From the NCBI GenBank assembly GCA_965235115.1, contig OZ249436.1:23314001-23378000 (forward strand): a stretch of DNA of 64,000 nucleotides. The letters run 5' to 3'. Below the pieces are notes generated by a model. That model saw nothing but the letters and a program-made list of their open reading frames with translations, was not told where the DNA came from and ran no database searches. Origin of the DNA: Laetmonice hystrix (Eukaryota). Both the position numbers and the translations under genes were made by a program. Shown here in pieces: positions 39,648 to 49,935 of this stretch; within the stretch, counting starts at the first letter, position 1; each line of letters begins with the position of its first letter.

Positions 39648-40249
39648 CAGACCTGCCAAGTCCCCCAGTGAAACCGGGGGACTCCCGGTTTTTATCCTGA
39701 TCCCCCGTCCCCCCGGTATGTCACAATTTTCTCACGGTAAATTGAAAACTCATGTATGTAAACAAATGTACACAAAACACAAGAAAAAAGATAGATAAAT
39801 ATGTTTGGACAATTTTAAGTTTAAAATATAAACAAAAAATAATGTTTAGTATGTTTTTAAGTAGCATAGGTACCTATATGCAACGCAGAACACTAAAAAA
39901 AGGATAGATAAACAGTAAAGAAACAACATAAAGGAGCTGATTTCTTAGGACAATTTCAAGTTTAAAATATAAATAAGAACTAATTTTGAGTGTTTTTATT
40001 TTAAATTTATTAAACTGATGCTATGTAAGTTGTATACTTCATGTGTAGAATGTAGTGGCTCCATACTAAAGTTTCTGTATGCTCCACTCATAGGTCTATA
40101 GACTATATCAGCTGTAATCTCCAGGTTTTTCCCCAAAATCTCCAGGTTTTCCCCCAAAAATCTCCCGGTTTTCCTCCCAATTTCCAGGTTTTTGGACTTC
40201 AACTTTTAAAAATCTCCCGGTTTCTTCTCTCTGTAGGTTGGCAGGTCTG
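39648..40249. mobile_element. hAT-like MITE inserted in Gypsy gag
   Basis: CAGACCTGCCAA ... TTGGCAGGTCTG. CATCAC duplicated at 39642-39647 and 40250-40255. Confidence 0.8.
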
Positions 40250-41249
40250 CATCACGCGCACACAAAATGGTCAGGCATTCTGCACATGCACACCACCAGC
40301 GCTGGGGCCACTCCACGGAGGCCTGTAGGGCGCTCCAATCTTCTCCTGATAAAACGGTGACAACGTGTCAATGGTGTAAGAAGCTTGGTCATACCGCTGA
40401 CGCTTGCTATGCGCTCAACAGGCTTAACACCCCCAACTCTTCTCACCCGCAGGGAAACTAGCTGCCCACTCTCTCGCCAGTAGTACTCCGCCGACTCCGA
40501 GAAGAGTGGCAAGCAAATTCCCAATCAAACATACACATGTCAGAAAGCCAAACGGAAGCAGGCGGTCAAACAAACGTCTAAGACTACAGTTGAGTCGACC
40601 TAACCCTGGTAGTAGTCCAGTCCTCTCCATTTCCTTCTCAGATGGTACAAAACTACACACCCTTATCGACTCAGGAGCAGAGGAGAATTTCCTCTCTGCT
40701 GCTGCTTTGGCAAAAATCCCCAGAAAAGATATCATACTTAGGGAGCGCCATCCTCAGCAGATTATAGTTGGTAACGGGAAATTGGTAACAACACACACAC
40801 GGGTGATAGTTCGATTACAGGCTGAATCGCTCATTCTACATGTACCTTTCCTGATATATGACGAGTGTCACAAAGACATAATTTTGGGTGGTCCGTTCTT
40901 AAACAAGCATGACGCTGTACTTTTGTATGCCCGTAATGCTTTGTGTATTAAACCTGAGGCCATTATTTTGCTGAAAGAGTCTATTACCATCCCAACATCG
41001 GCGGAGATCAATGTGATGGGAAGGCTTACAAAGAAACAACTAGATGGGACATTAGGGGTGTGTGAGAACCTACACCGGCGTTCTATTACCACATTTAAGG
41101 GACTCCTACTGGGGAAAACGTTAGTCACAACATCGAACAACCAGGTCCCTGTTAGGTTGCTTAACCCTTTTCCTCACCCAATCAAGGTAAGAAAAAATAC
41201 CCCACTGGCCCACTTTGCAATCTGTGCCAGACAGAACATAATCTCATTA

Positions 41250-42149
41250 TGGCTCAGTCCCACTGGGCATTTTTGACCCCGGGGATGTTCTCCCGATGTA
41301 AATTGAAGAGCCTCGGGAGGCGTCGGGAACAGGTTCCCCGGTGTTCCGGGGAAGCCTCGGGAGCGTCGGGAGCGTCGGGAGCCATGTTGAACCTTCGGGA
41401 GGCATCGGGAGGCATCGGAAGAACTGTGAAAAAATTCAATGCCTGCCTTGTCGGTAAAACAGGCCGGGGAGGCAACCCCGTTGCTTTCCCGAGCACCGGG
41501 GAAGCCCCGGGGATGCTTCCCCTGAGCTTCCGCGAAACCTTCATCCCCCCGAACCTCGTGTGTTGTTTCGGCGAAGGATCAGGGAACCTCCGGGGATATT
41601 TTGATCTCCGCCACATGTACGGCGACCTCTCAGCGACCTGGCGGTGATACATTCCCGATGTGGGGTTGCATTCCCGAATATTCGCTAAAATGTCGGTGAT
41701 GGTTGAAAGTGCATTCTTCCAACACCTCCCCAATGCTTCCCCGAGAGTCCGGGAAAGCATCAGTGAATTTTTCGAACCATCCCCGGTGCCTCGGGGAAGG
41801 GTTGTTGGGGAGGCACCGGGGATGGTTCGCAAGTACTCACCGATGCTTCCCCTAATCTACGGAGATATTCTCCAGATGGTGTTTCAAATTCGAGGTTATC
41901 GATTATCGGTTATCCGATTTTCGGCGAAGGTACCCCGGGGCTTTCCCGGCCATCGGGAGCCATCCCCGATGATTCACGGTCACTGTTCGGAGGACAGTCC
42001 CCGGACCATCCCCGATGCCTAATGAGTTTCATCTGTAATGGGACTGCTCCGTTGTTTGGGCCAAACACATCGGGAGCATCGGGACCCATCGGGAGACAAT
42101 GTGTGTATTTCTACATCGCCGATGTTTTTTCCCCAGTGGGACCTAAGCA
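41250..42149. mobile_element. Family H2 MITE inserted in Gypsy pol between PR and RT
   Basis: TGGCTCAGTCCCACTGGG ... CCCAGTGGGACCTAAGCA; flanks TTA/TGA. Confidence 0.85.
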
Positions 42150-44233
42150 TGAGACACAGATGCCAACACACACACAAACGTGATATACGTGAGATGGCGG
42201 CTCACAGTAGCCCTACCACGAGACAAACATAGCAGTCCCGAATGGACGTACAGTTTGATTTGTCCGACTCAGCTCTAACTGACGACCAAAAAGACAAATT
42301 TTTGCACATGTTACACTCAAATCGGGATGTATTTGCCCAGACAGTGAAATACTTGGGGCACTGTACTCAGGTGGAACACACCATCGAACTTATACCCCAT
42401 AGTCATCCTGTATGCAGTCGCCCCTACAGACTGAACCCAAAGCTCCAGGATGTTCTCAACGAGCAAGTTGATGAGCTCCTGGATGCTGACATAATTGAAG
42501 AGAGCAACACTAGATGGAGATCACCCACAATACTGGTAAAGAAAAAGGATGGTACGTACCGTATGTGCATAGACTACCGTGAACTTAACAAAATAACATT
42601 TAAACAACCTTTTCCACTCAGTATGGCAGAGTCTATTTTCATTCATGTGGCATACCGTAAACCTCAGTATTTCTCCTGTCTAGATTTTTTGTCTGGGTAT
42701 TATCAGCAGTCCATCCATCTGGATTCAAGAGAGTACACAGGCTTCACCACAAGCTGGAGAAATTTTGTTTTTAAAAGGATCCCCGTCGGTTTAGTCAACG
42801 CCCCATTTGCATTTAGCCACCTAATCTCGACTGTCCTGTCCGAATTGACGCCTTCAATTTGCGCAGCCTATTTAGATGACATCCTCATCTATTCATCAAC
42901 GTTTGAGGAACATATAAAACATGTCGATGCAGTCCTCGGTCAACTCAGGAAAGCTGACCTCAAACTAAAACCCACAAAATGCGAATTTGCAAAAAGCAAA
43001 ATTGAGTTCCTGGGTCATGTACTCACACGTGAAGGTATCCTACCCCAGCGCAGCTTCTAGACAAAGTACAGGAGTTGGCCATACCAACCAATGTGAAGGC
43101 TGTACGTAAATTCATCGGCACGGTTTCTTATTATAAATCCTTCATTCCCAAATTCTCACAGATTACTAGACCATTGTATGACCTTACTAAGAAAAACAAA
43201 AAGTTTGTATGGACTCCAGAACTCTGAAAGATGCGCTTCTCGCACCTCCCGTACTGATTCACCCTGACTTTGACCGGATTGTCTCCCAAGTCGCCTTCGT
43301 CACTTCCGACCCAGACCGCGCGAGAGGCGAGAACCAAGATGGTGGTTAACGGGAGTACAGCTATTGTTTACATTTCCTTGACAATACATACTGAGCACAC
43401 GACATGGGTCCTAGATACATATTATGTGCGAGTACCTATACTAATATCATACCTACGCAAACCCCTCGTTTCTCCTCCATAAATGATCCCGGCTCTTTGG
43501 CGCCGAGCTCGGATTTATGCAGTCAAACTTGGAGAACGGGAATGCTTTGCTGTAGGCTACATTTTATTCATATAGTAACCCGTCGATCACCCCATGCAAT
43601 GGGGGACTCTACAAACATTATAATATGGTAAATGATAAATCTATATAAGGTGTAACTGATATATGTAACATAACATAATACCATAGTAATATAACACATA
43701 ACTGATAATACATTATATGGAAATACATAGTCCAAAATACATAGATATAGGTATAGTAATGCCTTATTAGGTGGAGACAATGCCACTAAGCGGAATCGAA
43801 GATGAAGCTGGAGCCACCAAAGAAGGCAGGAGAAAAGATTCCGAACGCAACCCGCTGAACCGCACCAGGAGCCAAATCTGAGCATTATATATACCGTCAG
43901 ACACAACTTGAAGAATCAGGCACAGATCATCTCCTGGCCTATAACGAACGGATAACGGAACCCATCATCATCCAGTCCTATTAGGGTGGTGTACCTGCAA
44001 CAAGCATAATCAAAGCTTTGAATCCTAAGACATACGGAAGAAGGCCTTAGATCCTTGGAGTCAACATCATAACGTCAGGTTAACAAGTTATAACACCCAG
44101 CTGCTTGACCAAACAGGAAGCACCCCCCCCCCCCATTAAACTCCATTACACCATGGCATACTTTACTTATCCCATTCTACCACCTGGGACCATACTATAA
44201 ATATTTAATAATAAATAACCGAACCAGGCAACA

Positions 44234-44377
44234 ATCCAAACTTCCTCGTCACTGAACCGGGCGACAAAGCTTCCTCGTCACTGCCCCGGACAACACATCC
44301 AAACTTCCTCGGCACTGAACCGGGCGACAAAGCTTCCTCGTCACTGCACCGGACAACACATCCAAACTTCCTCGGCA
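44234..44377. repeat. Short tandem repeat (~63-bp unit with CTTCCTCG(T/G)CACTG subunits)
   Basis: ATCCAAACTTCCTCG recurs at 44234, 44297 and 44360. Confidence 0.75.
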
Positions 44378-44392
44378 ACATCTAACATCTTA

Positions 44393-45456
44393 AGGCCCGG
44401 CCACACAGAGCCGACTACACCCAACCCGATGGTCGGAGGCCCGGGGGTCCAAATCGGCCAACTACTCAGTCAGTCTGGTATATGCCCAATCATGCCACAC
44501 TGAATGCGATCCGAAAGTCGGGAGTGGGATGCCACACTAGCGACAGCACTCGTGACCAGTATATACTATTGTAACTATTCATTCCCCTAGCGGTAGTTCC
44601 CACTCCGCCATGTTGTTTGTGTTGTCCCGCTCGCAGGGTATCTTGGGAGTAGCGTTTGTATGGTGCGCGCTGTGATTGGCTGGTAAGCAGCCCGACTGTT
44701 GAGTCTGGTCGGTAGGTATGCCACACAGGCCCGACTAGGCCCGACCAGACCAAACCGTTTGGTCGCTCATCTTGTGCAGGACAAGATGAACGACCGGACT
44801 GGTCAGTCGGTGAAAAACACCCGACTACGGCCGACTGACCGTGCCAGACAGCGCCGACTACCCCCGACTCGACTCCCCCAGACCAGCGGGTCGGGGGTAG
44901 TCGGCTCTGTGTGGCCGGGCCTCTAAGGCCCGGCCACACAGAGCCGACTACCCCCAACCCGATGGTCGGAGGCCCGGGGGGTCCAAATCGGCCAACGACT
45001 CAGTCAGTCTGATATATGCCCAACCATGCCACACTGAATGCGATCCGAAAGTCGGGAGTGGGATGCCACACTAGCGACACCACTCGTGACCAGTATATAC
45101 TATTGTAACTATTCATTCCCCTAGCGGTAGTTCCCACTCCGCCATGTTGTTTGTGTTGCCCCGCTCGCAGGGTATCTTGGGAGTAGCGTTTGTATGGTGC
45201 GCGCTGTGATTGGCTGGTAAGCAGCCCGACTGTTGAGTCTGGTCGGTAGGTGTGCCACACAGGCCCGACTAGGCCCGACCAGACCAAACCGTTTGGTCGC
45301 TCATCTTGTGCAGGACAAGATGAACGACCGGACTGGTCAGTCGGTGAAAAACACCCGACTACGGCCGAATGACCATGCCAGACAGGGCCGACTACCCCCG
45401 ACTCGACTCCCCAAGACCATCGGGTCGGGGGTAGTCGGCTCTGTGTGGCCGGGCCT
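44393..45456. mobile_element. Two head-to-tail copies of a ~530-bp PIF/Harbinger-like MITE (44393-44922, 44926-45456)
   Basis: TIR AGGCCCGGCCACACAGAGCCGACTAC; flanks TTA / CTA / TTA. Confidence 0.88.
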
Positions 45457-45861
45457 TTACGAAACCAGCGGAGTCCCCGACGGGTAAAGACAATTCCGTC
45501 GGCCCCGTATTTCATGGGCCGGTCAGACAGACGACGACGCGATCATCGGAACGCCAGTGTCCCATGCTGAATAGTTGATAAACGACGCGTGCGCCCTGCA
45601 GTTTGACGCCCACTGTGCACTGCCGATGGAACCGTCGCGTCGTAAATGTTCAACATCTCAACATTCCCGACGCGACAAATCCGTCGGCTGAATTGGCCCG
45701 ATGCGCGTCGGCTGCCCCGGCCACACAGACCGATGCATACCGACCCAATCGTCCCAGACGATCGGGTCGGTCTGTGGCGTTTATTTAATAAAACTTTATT
45801 TAATAAAACGGACAGCGGACCCCCCCCCTCATTTTGCCCTTAGGCTTATGCTGGACCCCGC

Positions 45862-46555
45862 TGAAGTTGGGTGGACCCCCAAACTGATCAACAACACAAG
45901 TCCAGATTTGGAGTAACGACTTCTTTGTTCACAATAGTGCGTCGTCTTGGTGAGTGTGGCCTGGAGAGCTTTCTGTAGCGTTCGCTCTGGATCCCCGTTC
46001 CCGTCTATATCTTCCTAGCTAAGCCCCGTCCCTTTATACTGCTTGCCTATCCTCCCGGGTTTTATAGCGATCTATTTTTAGCGCTGAGCCAGCATCACAT
46101 GCCGCTGCGTCAGCCCCCGGGTTTTCCCCAGAATGCTGACTCATCAGTCACAAGACTCCCAGCTCATACTCTTAACTATTGATACCTATTTTTAGGTTTT
46201 CTGGTTCTAACCGGTTTTGACTGGTTCTGACCGGTTCTAACCGGTTTTGGCTGGTCTCGTGATGCTGACTCATCCGGTCACAGGACGCCAATATCCTGGA
46301 GTTGTTTACACCACTCTGCACTAACATCCGGGAGTTATTTATACTACTTATCTTAACATCCGGGAGTTGTTTACATTGTTCCACCACTGTGGTGCTGACA
46401 TCAGCATCCTGTTATCTACATCCTTCATCTGAACCATTACTGGAATTTCTATACATTCGTATATATATATCTATGTTTTTGCACACTTCAAGACTAACTA
46501 CTTTTAATATATATTCTTCTTATTATTTTACTATTCTAAACACGACCTTGTTACA
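45862..46555 (-). repeat. 3' LTR
   Basis: TG...CA bounded (TGAAGTTGG...TGTTACA); near-identical to 56762-57451. Confidence 0.92.
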
Positions 46556-46571
46556 TACCTTCCCCCCTTTT
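46556..46571 (-). promoter_or_regulatory. Polypurine tract
   Basis: Minus strand AAAAGGGGGGAAGGTA immediately before the 3' LTR TG. Confidence 0.85.
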
Positions 46572-46919
46572 AAAAAGAAGCTCCTTTCTTTTTTTATCTT
46601 ATAACTTTCTTTACAAGGTCGTGTACCCCAGTTATGTACATATATACATGGGCTCATGTCCACTACAATGTGGGTTTCTTTATATATACGCCCATCTTCG
46701 TTTTATCTACCACCTTGTGGTTTACATATATATTTGCTTATATATTATATTATTTGCTTATATATTTTCGATATACATCTCCCCTAGTGTTATAATTTTA
46801 CCCCTACCTTATCCTATATTTGGTTATTATATATAGTTCGAGTTATTCATTATTTTCCCCCCTAACTAACCTTCTTCCTATATATATACCCCTTAACAAC
46901 TAAGGCCACACTCACCGCG

Positions 46920-47562
46920 TTACAATGATGTTGGCATGCAATTCTTAATTCTACTACAGTCTTCTTCGACGTCCATTTCAGTTTCGTACAATAATCTTCG
47001 TGGTCTCCCTTCCCGGTGGACACCGTCCTCCCGCTCGCATAACATTGGCATCATTGTTCGTGCTGTCCCTCACTCTCCTCATCAGAGATCGCAATCACGT
47101 CCATATCGCTCCCTTCACTGGAGATCGTTATTATTGTTCCGTTACTTATTGTCTCCCACCGGTCCCCCCCGATCTCGACCCCCCCACATGGGCTCGGCCA
47201 TGGGGTCGAACCCGGGTCCGAACATCTCACCGGCCCATCGTCTCGCCCGATCTTCCATGGCTCCCGCTTCCTCCATCGTTCGGTCGACCCATTGTCGCGT
47301 TCGTGCCACCATATCCTCATTTTCAATTTCATTCAGTAGGTCCCTCGTCAGCTCATCCTCAGTTGACGAGGGGGATGCTGGGGGTGGCGGCCTCTGGGGC
47401 GCCACCCGTGCCACGTTACTTTTTTCGCCGTTCTCAAACGTCACTTGTTGGCCCTCCACTGTACGCGTATGCGTAGGCCCCCTCTGGTTGGTCAGGCGGC
47501 GGATCAGGTCTCCTAATGGCTCGGGGACTCCTGGGCCCTTGGATTGTTGGTTCAAGGCCATC
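46920..47562 (-). pseudogene. Accessory ORFx: acidic/proline-rich, probably frameshifted, unknown function
   Basis: MALNQQSKG...PPPPASPSSTEDEL... (to 47142), with further acidic segments in other frames (IITISSEGSDMDVIAISDEESE; ETEMDVEED). Confidence 0.45.
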
Positions 47563-48027
47563 TTGGTTTCGTTTGGTAGGCGGTAGGTCTTCAACTGTTA
47601 ATATTGTCGGGTCAGAAATTCTTTCCAGAATGAGTTGTGCAACCCGGCGCCCCGTCTTTATATGGAATGTCCTGGATCCTGAATTTGATATCAACATGCC
47701 GACGTTTCCTCGGTAGTCCGGGTCAATCACTCCCGCTTTTACATCTAGTTCATGACGTAGGGCTAGCCCTGATCGTGATGCTACCCTTCCGTATGTACCC
47801 GGAGGCAGGGCCAGTGCAATGTCAGTCCTCACTAGCACCCTCCTTAACGGATGTATGATGTATTCGTAGGCGCTATACAGGTCCAGGCCTGCCGCTTGTT
47901 CCGAGGCCCGGGTTGGCACGATCGCTTTTGGTGACAGCAACTTTACTTTCAGTACTTCATTGTTGGCTGACGGCGGGGTCTTCGGCACTTCACTTTTGTT
48001 CGGTAACCAGAACCTTGGGTCGCACAT
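47434..48027 (-). CDS. dut: dUTPase (trimeric type) of the LTR element
   Basis: AAGLDL, RSGLA, GVIDPDYRG, RVAQLI (motifs 1-4). Motif 5 is degenerate (RNQDGLEPT). Confidence 0.88.
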   Translation of the reverse strand: MCDPRFWLPNKSEVPKTPPSANNEVLKVKLLSPKAIVPTRASEQAAGLDLYSAYEYIIHPLRRVLVRTDIALALPPGTYGRVASRSGLALRHELDVKAGVIDPDYRGNVGMLISNSGSRTFHIKTGRRVAQLILERISDPTILTVEDLPPTKRNQDGLEPTIQGPRSPRAIRRPDPPPDQPEGAYAYAYSGGPTSDV

Positions 48028-49895
48028 CTTCTGTTAAAGATAACTCCACAGTAGGTTGATCACTTTTTGTCTTAGCCTTTTTCCCATACTTTCGTCTCGC
48101 ATAACTTCCCAGGATCAGGATACCCACAATAGCGATAATTACAACCAGCACCAGGGCCGTCAGGGGAATGGTTGGCTTTGTATTGATCCCTCCCCAGTAT
48201 TTACGCTCATTTCCTTTCAGCATCTCTTTTATATTGTGAATTGGTAGCTCCCCTATATCCTGAAGAGGAGTGCCAGCTTCTTAAATTTAGGGTATTCATT
48301 TTCCGACGCCGAATAATTCCAAATGCCCGGCATTCTGCGTCTGGCTACCATTTGTGCATCTAAAAACGTGCGTAGCTCTCTGTCTGATTTTTCCTTAAAA
48401 TAAGGAGGGAACGACAGGTATTCTGACAATCCCACGCACCCTGCTTTAATTTTGATTTCTGTGATCGGCGGGCTAACCGTCACCTCACGTTTGTGCCTGC
48501 CTTCAAGGTTATAGCAGGATTCAACAATTTTAAACGTTTTGTTCGAGGCCACCGCCCACATCCCCTGCACAATATATCTAGCAGTGGGTGCTGACTGAGC
48601 GGCTCTCAGAATTTTCTTACAATTTTGGGCGACGGCCTGCTGATTACTCTGATACAGCGCCATCACACACGATGGTACACTGGCCAGCGCCATTGCTGGT
48701 TTTCCAATCGTGCAATAATTTATCTCTTTCTGGTCGCACTGGGTACTTTCGAAAGGGGAAACATAAATAAAGTGAGCCTTATCCCGTGCAACCCCTATCA
48801 TTTCTGTTTCTAAAGCGTATGTTGCTTCTAGAGGCATGTCCCCTTTTATAACCGGCAAACTTATTATTTTCATTAGTTGGAACTCGTCTTCTGGTCTGAC
48901 TAGCGGGAAGGTAGTGATTATATGGAACTTTCCTCGCCCCGGTATCAATAACGTTGGCAGATGCCTGTAATACCAATTTAAGTCGTTGGTACTGTCGGGG
49001 GCAAGTGGAAGTGTAAGAGAATCAGGAGCCTGTTTCTGAATATCTTTTAGTAGGTCACCCAGGATGGTGGTGTTTATCAATACGGGAGGCAGGCGACCCC
49101 GGACACACTCTGTGACTTGTTCCTGTAATAATATCAGGGTGGAGTCCAACTCGCCTGGCTCAATGCGAGCGTTTGCAAGATTCCCTGATAGTTTGTCGCC
49201 CACCTTAATATAGCAACTTCCGTCCTTACCCCAGTTCTCAATATTGTCGTTAAAGCGTCGAGCTGACTCCCGAGGCTTGTAACGGCCCCCTGCAGTGTTT
49301 TTACCGCATTTCTATTTTTCTTTACTTCCACATGGGTTACATTTATTAGCGTCAAGCTTTGATCAATCGCGTGTACTATGCTTTGTTGATTTGCCCCTAG
49401 CCTCCTTATTTGCTGTCTCAATTTATTCAGGTCTTTCTCGGTCGCCGTGCCAAAGAGGGAGGACATAACTTCCCCTAATATTGGGAGTATAGACCTCTTT
49501 CCCCTGTGCCCTCTTTCTTTTTCATTTACTATATCCAAAATCCCTCTAAGTCGTTTGGTCAATAATTCCTGTCTCAGTACCATATCCCTTAGCTGCCTCT
49601 CTGCTACTTCGTCATGTCCGGCCCGTATTTTGTCAATTCTTTTCTTTGTCATCGCCGTTGCGTTAACTGTGGCTACCTCGGCCATAAATATCCTATTCTT
49701 TCTCCCTATTTCAGTTAAACTCCTATCGAGACTAGCTATTTGCTCCCTCCAGGGGGTGGTGTTTATCATAATGGTCACCACCCAACTTGAGTATGTATTA
49801 TACATTTTGTTTCGGGGGACAAAATACACCCCCGTCTGGCCCTGTGCCATAGTTGCAATCACACTAATGAGGGCTACTATCGTGGCCAACGCCAT
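47990..49895 (-). pseudogene. env: Envelope glycoprotein, class I fusion (baculovirus F / errantivirus Env-like), two frameshifts (~49150, ~48255)
   Basis: Signal peptide MALATIVALISVIATMAQG; furin site RGKR followed by fusion peptide SILPILGEVMSSLFGTAT; heptad repeat; Cys-rich region; TM LTALVLVVIIAIVGILILG plus basic tail. Confidence 0.87.
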
Positions 49896-49935
49896 CCTCA
49901 GGGTTTTTCGCCCTGCAAAAACAATAAAATATAAC

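Larger units (their letters stand above)
38650..43270 (+). pseudogene. Fragmented Ty3/Gypsy LTR retrotransposon (gag-PR-RT-start of RNase H), no LTRs seen
   Basis: Gag-like FTNGL...PKNIHEAVDLA; zinc knuckle CQWCKKLGHTADAC; GGGAAAC-TAG at 40452; protease LIDSGA; RT SPTILVKKKDGTYRMCIDYRELN, LDFLSGYYQ, AYLDDILIYS, FLGHV. Interrupted by three MITEs. Confidence 0.9.

Noticed and set aside
43271..44230. Possible LTR of the plus-strand Gypsy fragment
   Set aside because: No second copy, PPT or PBS; pol is simply truncated at ~43270.
45855..45861. Target-site duplication of the LTR element
   Set aside because: The right LTR lacks its terminal bases, so no TSD can be read.
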